Positions 49,360 through 58,110 of a stretch of DNA of 60,651 nt are shown in pieces. How positions within the stretch are numbered: the stretch's first letter is position 1; every line of letters begins with the position of its first letter. The notes beneath the pieces are model-generated. The model ran no database searches. It had not been told where the DNA came from and worked only from the letters and a program-made list of their open reading frames with translations. The translations under genes were made by a program, and so were the position numbers. Source of the stretch: a virus (Duplodnaviria; Heunggongvirae; Uroviricota; Caudoviricetes); IMG/VR virus record IMGVR_UViG_2690315748_000001, positions 1 to 60,651 of that record; one strand, 5' to 3'.

Positions 49360-49767
49360 GTGAAAATGATGTTAGAGTTTGATGATAAAAGTGTGGGTAC
49401 TGTTACGATTAAGAAGAATATTACTGAAAACGACATTGCGTGTATCATGGTGGGCACCTTTGAAGGTGGAAGTAATTATTGGGTTGGACTCGACAACAAA
49501 GACAAACCAGAATGGGAAGCTAAACCAAAGGATGAGCCTAATTCCACTTGGGCAACGAAGATACTTTTGGATGGTGGTAGTATAAAATTCTATTCTCTTG
49601 AAGGAGATGAGGATGAGGATTGGATTCTAACGCTAGACAAGCTTATAAAGGGGTTACAGTTGAATTGTGAACAGCGTCCGCATGATTGCGATCTGGAACA
49701 AGGTGACGCTGGAACATGTGACTGCATCTTGCAGTATGCTTTGTTTGGTGAGGTTGTCTATGGATAA
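49360..49767 (+). CDS. Hypothetical phage protein
   Basis: Follows repeat promoter; ends QYALFGEVVYG. Confidence 0.7.
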   Translation: MKMMLEFDDKSVGTVTIKKNITENDIACIMVGTFEGGSNYWVGLDNKDKPEWEAKPKDEPNSTWATKILLDGGSIKFYSLEGDEDEDWILTLDKLIKGLQLNCEQRPHDCDLEQGDAGTCDCILQYALFGEVVYG

Positions 49768-49850
49768 TCTGATAACCATAACGCCGTATAATTAAGTATA
49801 AATTAAAATAAAAATACATACACTAGGAGGTGATGGAATAAAAAAGGAGA

Positions 49851-50069
49851 GTGATTATATTGAAATCGAATTTGTTACCTAAAGGCAAGTTAGACAAGTG
49901 GATTTTGAGTTATAAGGATGTTGAGGGGTTTGTTGTCTTAGAGTTAGACAACAAAGGAGAAATCTTCTTAGAGCTGATTGCTATTAGAGAAAGGGGAGTA
50001 AACATGGATTCTGTATCTGTATTTCCTCCAAGATCAAATGTTACTTACGCTCAATTTCTCATATCATAG
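49851..50069 (+). CDS. Hypothetical protein
   Basis: RBS AAAGGAG. Confidence 0.55.
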   Translation: MIILKSNLLPKGKLDKWILSYKDVEGFVVLELDNKGEIFLELIAIRERGVNMDSVSVFPPRSNVTYAQFLIS

Positions 50070-50280
50070 CTTTGTCGAAACTTGTCCTTCATATAAGCGC
50101 GTGAATTATCATACCCTATATGAAGGACAAGTTCATTTTAAAGGGGGAAATTCACATTATAGTCGAATCATCAGTACGCGGTTGGCAAGTAAAAACCCCT
50201 AAAAGATTCCTGCCTACAGTATACAGGATAAATTTCTGTGATATAATGTTAATAGGATTCGCAAGGAGGTCGCTTCTTGC

Positions 50281-50418
50281 ATGAAAAACATCGGAGATCG
50301 TATTTGTGAAGTTCATTTTAATATAACTGGTTATTCGTTGACTAAAGAGGTTCTTGTATCTTACATTTTCTTCTTTATATTATTTTTTATAGTATCAATA
50401 TTTACTGGCGGCAGATGA
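50281..50418 (+). CDS. 45-aa membrane peptide with sequestered RBS (type I toxin-like; not in ORF track)
   Basis: Extended -10 TGATATAAT (50239-50247); RBS inside hairpin GCAAGGAG-GTCG-CTTCTTGC; C-terminal TM VLVSYIFFFILFFIVSIF. Confidence 0.55.
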   Translation: MKNIGDRICEVHFNITGYSLTKEVLVSYIFFFILFFIVSIFTGGR

Positions 50419-50503
50419 AAACCGAAGAAAGTTCTAACAAGTGTGTGATTTTAATGAACTGTCATATAACTATAAACAAACGAATTGAAGGGAGAAATTA
50501 ATC

Positions 50504-52210
50504 ATGGCTAAAACTACTAAAACAACTGAGGGAACTGCTACAAATCCAACTTCAAGATCACCTCGTAAACCACCATTAAAAACAGCAGCTCAAAAGAAAG
50601 CGGAAGCGGCAGCGAAACTCAAAGAGCAACAAAAATCAACAAGTGAAAATGAAAAACCTACAGGCGAAGAAGCTGGACAAGTGGAACCTCCTGCTGAACC
50701 ATCTAAGACTGACGCTGGCACAGAAGTTAATGCTGGCACATCTGAAATATCTGCTGGAGAAGAAGATAAGAAAGATGGAGAAACAGAGCAAGAATCTCTT
50801 GATAAACAAGGTGAGAAACTAGAAGATTTAGCTGACGAAGAGTTTGATAAAGGAAAACGTGATGGTGTAATAGAAGATGAAGATAAAGGCAAAGAATTAT
50901 TGGAAGGGCAAATGATGTTAGAGGATGATGGCGAAGCGAAAATTGGGGAAAACAAACTGTTAAAAGATAGCGAAAAGAAAGGAGAAGGCGAGAAATTTGT
51001 TCGTAAGACAAGAATCGTGAAATCTACCAGCGATGTTACTATTAAGAGTTTGTTCAAAGAGTGGAGAAAAGATCAAATAATTAGAGCGCAACGAAAAGCA
51101 GATGTGGAAGAAGCGAAGGCAAAAGGGGAACCTATTCCAGATGACGAAGATGAAACAACACTTAGGTTTGATCGAGTGATTCAACGTAATGAAACATGGT
51201 CAGATATTCAGAAGAGTGATTTAATTCATTCTGTTTTGTATGGATATTATATTCCTCCTGTACTCGTAGAGGATTCTAGTGATGGGAAAAAGTGGTTTCT
51301 TGATGGTAAGCAACGCCTGACAACTCTTTTGACTTATATTGATGGTGTATGGGCATTAAGCAAAAAGACAAAGAATGTATATGGATTCAAAATTAGTGGC
51401 ATGAAGTTCAAAGATTTGCCTATAGAAATGCAGGAAGAAATCCTTGACGAAACAATTACGTTAGTCCTTATAAAGAATATGACAGAAGCAGAACGAGACG
51501 AAATGTTTGTTAAACAAAACAGTGGTTCTCCATTGACTCGCATAGAAATGACAAGAGCAATGCATAGTGAGTTGATCGAATCTATTAACGAACTGGCGAA
51601 TCTACCATTTTTCAAAGATGATATTGAATTGTCTCGTAAAGCTAGAAACAGATTCGTAGACCAAGAGATCATCCTTCAAATCGCTATGCTTTTGGAGGAA
51701 GGGAAAGAAAAAATCAAGGGTTTTGGTGCTGGGCATATCGAGCAATATGTATTACGTTTGAAAGAGTCTGATAAAACTATTTCTGACGAACTTATACAAC
51801 AATTCGAAGAGGTATCCACTTATTTGACTCTAGCATTCGAAGATTATGATATAGATGAAATAAAAAAATCTTTGAAAAAAATTCACATCCCTATCATCTT
51901 CTGGAATGCACAAACTGCAATGGAAGAGGGTCTTCAACCGAAATTATATGGAGACTTTATACGAAGTTTCTTAATTACACGCTATAGCGTGGAAAGTAAA
52001 TATGGTAAGTCATGCCAAGCTGGTTCCTCGAAGAAAGAAAATGTTTTGATTCGTTTGGATGAAATGTCTGCTTCCTTGAAACAGTTTACTCAAATGATTA
52101 GACAGGCATCTAGCATGGAAGAAGGAGTACAGCAATTCGACAGACATCTTGCCGATGTAAATGGTATCGACAGACAAATGGATATGGATGATGAGCAGGA
52201 GACTGCATGA
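50504..52210 (+). CDS. DUF262 (ParB/Srx-fold, GmrSD N-domain-like) protein with long acidic N-tail
   Basis: IQRNETWSDIQKSDLIHSVLYGYYIPP...LDGKQRLTT...FVKQNSGSPL; no HNH C-domain seen. Confidence 0.75.
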   Translation: MAKTTKTTEGTATNPTSRSPRKPPLKTAAQKKAEAAAKLKEQQKSTSENEKPTGEEAGQVEPPAEPSKTDAGTEVNAGTSEISAGEEDKKDGETEQESLDKQGEKLEDLADEEFDKGKRDGVIEDEDKGKELLEGQMMLEDDGEAKIGENKLLKDSEKKGEGEKFVRKTRIVKSTSDVTIKSLFKEWRKDQIIRAQRKADVEEAKAKGEPIPDDEDETTLRFDRVIQRNETWSDIQKSDLIHSVLYGYYIPPVLVEDSSDGKKWFLDGKQRLTTLLTYIDGVWALSKKTKNVYGFKISGMKFKDLPIEMQEEILDETITLVLIKNMTEAERDEMFVKQNSGSPLTRIEMTRAMHSELIESINELANLPFFKDDIELSRKARNRFVDQEIILQIAMLLEEGKEKIKGFGAGHIEQYVLRLKESDKTISDELIQQFEEVSTYLTLAFEDYDIDEIKKSLKKIHIPIIFWNAQTAMEEGLQPKLYGDFIRSFLITRYSVESKYGKSCQAGSSKKENVLIRLDEMSASLKQFTQMIRQASSMEEGVQQFDRHLADVNGIDRQMDMDDEQETA

Positions 52211-52325
52211 AGAATGCTCACATAGGCACAATGCGTTAGTGTAGGATAGGCAAATACCAGTTGATCAGGACACACCTCAGAGTATATATTGGGTATTGAG
52301 GAATTTAATTTTGACTCAATACCCT

Positions 52326-52354
52326 TTGCCTTTTCCACACACATATATTATAAT
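52326..52354 (+). promoter_or_regulatory. SigA-type promoter of the mrpR-like gene
   Basis: TTGCCT-17 nt-TATAAT. Confidence 0.65.
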
Positions 52355-52459
52355 AGTCGCAGAACGTGTGTGAGTTCAGTACTTTATTCGGAGTCTTAAA
52401 ACGTATATAATAAAGAAAAGGCAGAGGTCGCCAAAAAAACTTAGGAGAGTGTACCCATC

Positions 52460-53491
52460 GTGAGCGTTTACAACCTTAATATTAAAACAACATATCTAGA
52501 CCCCTTTGAGAACGAAGAAACTAAGGAGGTATATACTAGACTATTTAGAAAAGCTTACGAAACAGAAACCAAATTCGGAAAAGATTTATTCGATTTTAAC
52601 GAAGATGATTGGGAATATTTTTTTAAGAACATTCTTAGACCAAGAACTAAAGAAAGTGCAAGGTCATATTGCAACGTACTTGCTAACTATGTCCAATGGG
52701 CTATAGATAATAATCATTCTCAATTACTGATAAATCCCCTCAAAAGAAGGCAAGAATATTTTTTTGAGTTTGTACAAGAAAGAAAAACGTATTTTTCATA
52801 TGCAGAAAAAGAAGCAATACTTAGCACATTGGTAAACAAGCAAGACAGCTTCATAATTGAAGCACTTTGGAATGGTATACAAGGGACTAAAGTAAATGAA
52901 TTAGCTAATTTAAAAATAGATGATATAGACATTAAGAATAGAAAAATTTCTCTACGCAATGATAAGGGTGAAATAGTTCGCGTTGTAAATGTTGACAAAA
53001 ATGATACCTCTTTAATTGAAATGGCAATACTGGCAAATCAGGAGAAAGAATATTATAGACTGAACGGCGAAGCAGATTATACAGCGAACCTAAAAGACAC
53101 AGTTGAACTAGCTCCTTCTGAATATGTACTTAAAAGTGCTATCACGATGCATAAAGGTCTGCCAAGAGGCGGTCAACGGGTAAGCCACCATACTATATAC
53201 AACCGCTTGGATATGGTTAGAAGCCTTGAAGAAATGGAAGAATACAAGGATGCCCTTGTATCAAAGAACATAGTCCGTAGTGGCATGATCTATATGGCAT
53301 TAAGCCTATACGAACGTGACGGTCAAATTGAAAGAGCGCAAATAGAAGAGATTTGTAATAAATATAATATGAAATATAAGTGGTCTTTGCGTGATTTCTT
53401 GAATGTAGATGTACTAAAAGAATTGTACCCGTCTGAAATGAAAGAGATCAACCAAAAGATTAGTGAACGCAAAATCGCAATGGACAATTAA
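52460..53491 (+). CDS. MrpR/YopR(SroF)-like master repressor (catalytically degenerate tyrosine recombinase fold)
   Basis: ETKFGKDLFDF...SARSY...YVQWAI...NPL core-binding domain; LVNKQDSFIIEALWNGIQGTKVNELANL lacks the catalytic R; HxxR replaced by NIVR; synteny with DGxxR-type and XRE neighbours. Confidence 0.7.
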   Translation: MSVYNLNIKTTYLDPFENEETKEVYTRLFRKAYETETKFGKDLFDFNEDDWEYFFKNILRPRTKESARSYCNVLANYVQWAIDNNHSQLLINPLKRRQEYFFEFVQERKTYFSYAEKEAILSTLVNKQDSFIIEALWNGIQGTKVNELANLKIDDIDIKNRKISLRNDKGEIVRVVNVDKNDTSLIEMAILANQEKEYYRLNGEADYTANLKDTVELAPSEYVLKSAITMHKGLPRGGQRVSHHTIYNRLDMVRSLEEMEEYKDALVSKNIVRSGMIYMALSLYERDGQIERAQIEEICNKYNMKYKWSLRDFLNVDVLKELYPSEMKEINQKISERKIAMDN

Positions 53492-53540
53492 TTGCGCCAT
53501 TGCGATTTCCAATTCATAAATGCTTATATACTTTTTATAG

Positions 53541-53999
53541 TTACATACTTTTCATTCGTTCTAGGTCTTCAAGCTCAACAACATTGAACATAAATGTAAA
53601 TATTAAAACAAGCCATATAATCAGTAATATTAGGAGCGCAAAGGCTAATCGAGAATACCACTTTGCTTTTACGACAGATAATTTCTTAGACTTGTTTCGA
53701 TTAGCCATATGCAATCCAATTATGATTTCAACTTTCTCGAAAAACGTCTTGGGAAACTTGAAATCATACTGCACTATATCGCCATGTTTGTTTCTTATGA
53801 AAACGAGATTTTTTAATTTGCTGGTAAATAGATAGTTTGGTTTAAACAGATAGGCAACCTTTAGCTGTCCCAACATGTACCCAAGAAGAAGTGTGCATAG
53901 TATCATCAACGCATCTTCTATTCGTACTGCGTTTTCATAGCCAAAAAGTGTTGCTAACTGCGCAATAAACCATCCCTCTAGGTTGATTGTGTTTATCAT
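53541..53999 (-). CDS. Membrane protein
   Basis: Two hydrophobic segments; co-oriented with the XRE gene. Confidence 0.65.
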   Translation of the reverse strand: MINTINLEGWFIAQLATLFGYENAVRIEDALMILCTLLLGYMLGQLKVAYLFKPNYLFTSKLKNLVFIRNKHGDIVQYDFKFPKTFFEKVEIIIGLHMANRNKSKKLSVVKAKWYSRLAFALLILLIIWLVLIFTFMFNVVELEDLERMKSM

Positions 54000-54011
54000 G
54001 CTGTATCCCCT

Positions 54012-54422
54012 TTATTTATCCAAACCATTTCTTCTTAGGAAATCCAAGTAAACTTCATATACTTCTTGATATAATTTTTCCCTCATTTTTTCATCTTTTA
54101 CCTTTTTAGACAGCTCACCAAGCAATTCCTTCAAGCCTTCATGTTCGCCTATCAGGGTGTTGACATTATCTTTGATTGTTGGAGGAATTTTGCCCACTAT
54201 TTGAAATAGTATGTATTCATCTATTTCCAAAATTTCAGACAATTTAACAATCACAGTATCACTAGGAGATTTTATGCCACGCTCAATCAGACTTATGAAG
54301 TTCAACGACACATCACAATATTTTGCAACATCTTTTAAATGTAATTTTTTTTCCTTTCTTTTTATGCTAATGAGTTCGCCAAAAATTTTTTTAGACTCAT
54401 CAGGAACATATTCTGAGCGCAA
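54012..54422 (-). CDS. XRE-family HTH regulator (YopS-like position)
   Basis: RKEKKLHLKDVAKYCDVSLNFISLIERGIKSPS. Confidence 0.85.
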   Translation of the reverse strand: MRSEYVPDESKKIFGELISIKRKEKKLHLKDVAKYCDVSLNFISLIERGIKSPSDTVIVKLSEILEIDEYILFQIVGKIPPTIKDNVNTLIGEHEGLKELLGELSKKVKDEKMREKLYQEVYEVYLDFLRRNGLDK

Positions 54423-54798
54423 AAGGACACCTCCATGATTTATTTTACCACAAGTGAAACCCTTTGTAGTATCACAGCGTATAAGTAACTGTAGATAAGT
54501 CCTAAATTTTTACTGGAAATTATTGCGCCTTGTATATATTTCTGTTCAAGAATATCATTATGTATAACGCTATTCTTATATTAAACCTTTGGTTTAATGT
54601 AAGAATAGTAACATACATAATGTAAGTCCTGAAACACGACTAGACGGGTCGTTAAACGCACAACTATATGGGAGTGGTTGTCGAAGGTATATTTTTTCCA
54701 AATCATTCATTGATTATACCACTGGTTTAAGATATAATCAGATGTAGATCGGAAAAACCAAACATACGTTCTTATTTTACGTCAGAAAAGAGAACAAC

Positions 54799-55266
54799 AT
54801 GATAACACATTGGAGGACTGGAAAAATGGGTAATGAATCATGCGGTTTATCAGTGGAATTAATTGAAATGGGTTTTAAGGGGCTACTCCTTAAAAGGCTT
54901 ATGACTTGTATTGTAGACTATGCCACATTGCAGGAGTTCCACAACTTCATTATTTTACGCGAAGAGGAATTGATGACGAAGGTGTTGTTAGTTCATGAGT
55001 TTATATCTCACATGCAAAACAAGAACTCTTTCGACTCTGGTATTATTTTTATAACCCAATATGAAGAAGCTGAAACGCAAGAAGAAAAAGAATTTTTAAT
55101 CTGCAAATTGATGAATACTGAAAATCCACTGGTGCTGAAAAAAGTATCAACCCTTTTTAGTGATAATATGGACAAGCTTCCTGCGTTGTATGATAGGGTG
55201 GTAAGGTATCGCAAGATGTACAAGCCTGACGAGATTGTTGCGTTGTTGGGTATATTGCCCACTTGA
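54799..55266 (+). CDS. Hypothetical protein
   Basis: ORF; start probably ATG at 54826 after GGAGG. Confidence 0.6.
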   Translation: MITHWRTGKMGNESCGLSVELIEMGFKGLLLKRLMTCIVDYATLQEFHNFIILREEELMTKVLLVHEFISHMQNKNSFDSGIIFITQYEEAETQEEKEFLICKLMNTENPLVLKKVSTLFSDNMDKLPALYDRVVRYRKMYKPDEIVALLGILPT

Positions 55267-55476
55267 CAATGGGTATATCGACTTAAATTTATACTTCAAA
55301 TTATTACTAAACGGAGGAGGAGTCCTAAATGGGAAATAGTACATGAGTAGCGGTCGGCACTACTCAACCGACTATGATATAATGGATAAAAGAATTGACT
55401 ATTATAACTACATCCTTTATACTATGGAATGTCGAGAGGGACTTTACCTACAACGGCATTTAAAATTTTCTAAGGA

Positions 55477-55490
55477 GCCGAAGAAAGTAT
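55477..55490 (+). promoter_or_regulatory. Box (1 mismatch) abutting SigA promoter of SSB operon
   Basis: GCCGAAGAAAGTAT runs into TTGACA(55490)-17-TATTAT. Confidence 0.75.
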
Positions 55491-55696
55491 TGACAATAAA
55501 TAAAGGTGGTGTTATTATTAAATAGCAGACAAGCAGTAAGCTAAGATGCCACGACAACATGAATTACAACATGAATTAACGAAGGGCAACAAACGAACAT
55601 AAACCTGAACAAAACAGGTAGCACCTTCTGAACATGAGAACATGGGAGCGAGAAGATCGCCAACATGTAATCACAATTCAGGGGAGATGTTCAAGA

Positions 55697-56749
55697 ATGG
55701 GTAAGCAAAACTTGGAGCAAACGAAAGGCAAAATTAAACTGGTAGGTCGCGTTAAAGGTATCGGAAACGATAACGCTAAGAAGGAAGGCTTCACGAAGTC
55801 TGACAAGCAATTTAAGTCGCTTCAATTCTTCTTGGAAACTTCGACAGTAAACCAAGTGCGTGTAGAATTGTTTGGTATGGAGCGAGATGAAGTTGTTGCA
55901 TACTCAATGAAGGCGCGTCAATCGAAAAAGATTCCTTGGAAGAACCGCAAAAATGATTTCGGAGATTACAAGGTCTTGGGTACTGGATGTTACCTTGAAG
56001 TTGATCCATCAGATTCTAGCAAGAAATTGCGACAAGTTCTGCCTGAGTTTGATGCTGTCGATTACATTAAAGCCAATCTGAAAGATGGAGATATCGTTCG
56101 GATTAATGGCGAGATCGACTTCCAAGAGTATGAGAACAAGCAAGGTAAGGTAGTGAGTTCCAAGAAGTTCATCATCAAATCCATCACGAAGATCGACGAA
56201 AAACTGGACTTCAACTCTCCTGAGTTTAAAGAGGAATCGAAGTTCGAGCATGATATCGTAATCAATGATGTGATGCTGGACGATGAGAACAAGCGTCTAC
56301 ACGTAAATGCTAAGGTAATTAAGTATGGTGGAGATATTGTAGATACATCATTCACAGTTGATACCGAAAAATATCCGAAGCTTGCTGGAAACATGAGCAA
56401 ACGTTTTGGTTTCGGTGACGCTATCAAAGTCTATGGATTGGTCATCAACTCTGTTGTACTCAAAGAAGCAGATGAATCTCTGGAAGATACTGCGACCGAT
56501 GAGTTCGACGATTGGGGCGGCGACGAAGAGATTAAGAAGGACTTTGATAATAATTATATGAAGGACTACATCCAAGAACTGCAAATCACTTCTGTTGATT
56601 CTTCGACCTATGAGCCGAAGAAGTACAAAGAAGAAGACCTGATTAGTGCAGATGAAGATGCATTCAATGGCGACATTAATAGCGGTAGCGCAACAAGCGG
56701 CGACGATTTTAATGACGATGACGAAATGGATGACCTTCCTTTCGAGTAA
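55697..56749 (+). CDS. Single-stranded DNA-binding protein-like (tandem OB folds, acidic tail)
   Basis: Ends DDEMDDLPFE; next to AAA NTPase; ATG at 55697 after RBS AGGGGAG. Confidence 0.6.
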   Translation: MGKQNLEQTKGKIKLVGRVKGIGNDNAKKEGFTKSDKQFKSLQFFLETSTVNQVRVELFGMERDEVVAYSMKARQSKKIPWKNRKNDFGDYKVLGTGCYLEVDPSDSSKKLRQVLPEFDAVDYIKANLKDGDIVRINGEIDFQEYENKQGKVVSSKKFIIKSITKIDEKLDFNSPEFKEESKFEHDIVINDVMLDDENKRLHVNAKVIKYGGDIVDTSFTVDTEKYPKLAGNMSKRFGFGDAIKVYGLVINSVVLKEADESLEDTATDEFDDWGGDEEIKKDFDNNYMKDYIQELQITSVDSSTYEPKKYKEEDLISADEDAFNGDINSGSATSGDDFNDDDEMDDLPFE

Positions 56750-56776
56750 CTTTTAATTTGACACTGTTGTTAAAGT

Positions 56777-56790
56777 GCCGATGAAAGTAC
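56777..56790 (+). promoter_or_regulatory. Box (1 mismatch)
   Basis: GCCGATGAAAGTAC upstream of AAA gene. Confidence 0.65.
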
Positions 56791-56859
56791 CGAGGGGAAG
56801 CGTTGAAAAAATCCTTCCCCTTTGGTACATACCAATAAAACCAAAGGGGTAATGACTGA

Positions 56860-57945
56860 ATGATTAATGTACTCAATATTCAACCTAACGAACCGAAAGC
56901 ACTTATTTACGAATACATCTTCTTGGTGTATGGTGTAGGTAAAGCAGGTAAATCTAGCCTGTTCTACAAGCTTGCTCAGACCGATTACATCGGTGGATTG
57001 GACAAAGCACTACTGATTGCCTTCGAGAAGGGCTACAAGGCTCTGAGAGGTATCCACGCTGTTCCTGTGCCAAACGATGATCCAGAAGATAAGCGTGATG
57101 CTTGGACACAGTTCCAAGACCTCGTAAATCAGTTGGTTGAGAGTCGCAAATTGGTAACATACCGCATGTTGGCGTTCGACACACTAGATTACATGTATAA
57201 ATACGCTACGGAGTACATCATCAAACGTGAGCGTATTGCACGTAAGGATGCGAAGATTAAACAGATCAACGACATTCCTTGGGGTCAAGGTCACGCAATG
57301 GTCGAAGAAGAGGTTGACAAACAGATTAAACGTCTGGTCAACGCTGGATACGGAATCTTCCTGATCACCCATGATAAGGAGAAGAAGGTAGAGACGAAGA
57401 GTGGTCAATCTTATGATAAGACTACTGTGACGCTTCCTGAGCGCGCGAAAAACCTGTTCGTCAACATGTCCGACTTCATTTTGTACATCAGCATCGACAA
57501 AGAGATAGTGGGCGGTAATGTCAAAGAAACACGCAACATTTATTTCCGTTCAGACGGTGACATTGAAGCAGGAAGCCGTTTCGAGAATGTACCGAACAAG
57601 ATTGAATATGATGTAGATTTGTTCTTGGAAACCTTTGAGAACGCCGTACTCTCTTCGTACAACAATGACGAGAAAGCTGTGAAGAAGGCGAAAGTCGAAC
57701 AAGAAAAACAGCTTGAAGAACGTGTTGATGAATATGTAAATGACGAGACGGATACAGCGGCTACTAAGACACCAGAACAATACATTGAAGAGATCGCTGG
57801 ATTAATTGGCAAGATGGACGAAACGCAACAAGCTGACTTGAAGAAACAATTCAAGGATGCTAATGGTTCAATCAACTACAAGAAGTATACAGAGATTGAA
57901 CAGTTGCAACGGGCACTTGATATCGGCAATAAAATTCTTGGCTAA
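56860..57945 (+). CDS. AAA_24/Sak4-like NTPase (recombination)
   Basis: Walker A GVGKAGKSS, Walker B LAFDT, FLITH; paired with the SSB-like gene. Confidence 0.8.
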   Translation: MINVLNIQPNEPKALIYEYIFLVYGVGKAGKSSLFYKLAQTDYIGGLDKALLIAFEKGYKALRGIHAVPVPNDDPEDKRDAWTQFQDLVNQLVESRKLVTYRMLAFDTLDYMYKYATEYIIKRERIARKDAKIKQINDIPWGQGHAMVEEEVDKQIKRLVNAGYGIFLITHDKEKKVETKSGQSYDKTTVTLPERAKNLFVNMSDFILYISIDKEIVGGNVKETRNIYFRSDGDIEAGSRFENVPNKIEYDVDLFLETFENAVLSSYNNDEKAVKKAKVEQEKQLEERVDEYVNDETDTAATKTPEQYIEEIAGLIGKMDETQQADLKKQFKDANGSINYKKYTEIEQLQRALDIGNKILG

Positions 57946-57948
57946 GGA

Positions 57949-57962
57949 GCCGAAGAAAGTAC
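57949..57962 (+). promoter_or_regulatory. GCCGAAGAAAGTAC box (perfect)
   Basis: Immediately after the AAA gene stop codon. Confidence 0.75.
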
Positions 57963-58110
57963 TGGTGGAGAGCTTATGCTCTCCCGAAGTACAAAATACA
58001 TATTCTGTCTTTCAGGGAGGACGCTCCAATTCTAGTTTCTTTTATATGAGGGAAGGGTGGTAGCTTCCCTGAAAGGCAGAATCAAAACAACCATAAAGGG
58101 GATATGAGAA

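Larger units (their letters stand above)
34255..50474 (+). promoter_or_regulatory. Dispersed repeated promoter GTG(T/G)GA-N16-TATAAC(TATA), 18 copies with exact spacing
   Basis: First box at 34255, 35179, 35646, 36396, 36874, 37607, 38555, 39078, 39804, 40179, 41775, 42830, 43465, 45175, 45621, 47717, 49304, 50443; degenerate copies near 38000 and 42571. Confidence 0.85.

Noticed and set aside
50281-50418. AimP arbitrium peptide
   Set aside because: The hydrophobic segment is C-terminal rather than an N-terminal signal peptide, and there is no adjacent AimR-like TPR gene
34255-50474. CRISPR or mini-CRISPR array interpretation of the repeats
   Set aside because: Repeats are hundreds of bp apart, separated by whole ORFs and degenerate in the middle; no cas genes
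50504-52210. Complete GmrSD type IV restriction system
   Set aside because: Only the DUF262 domain is visible; no DUF1524/HNH motif
52460-53491. Active integrase
   Set aside because: Catalytic R and HxxR histidine are missing; sequence pattern and synteny fit the MrpR repressor
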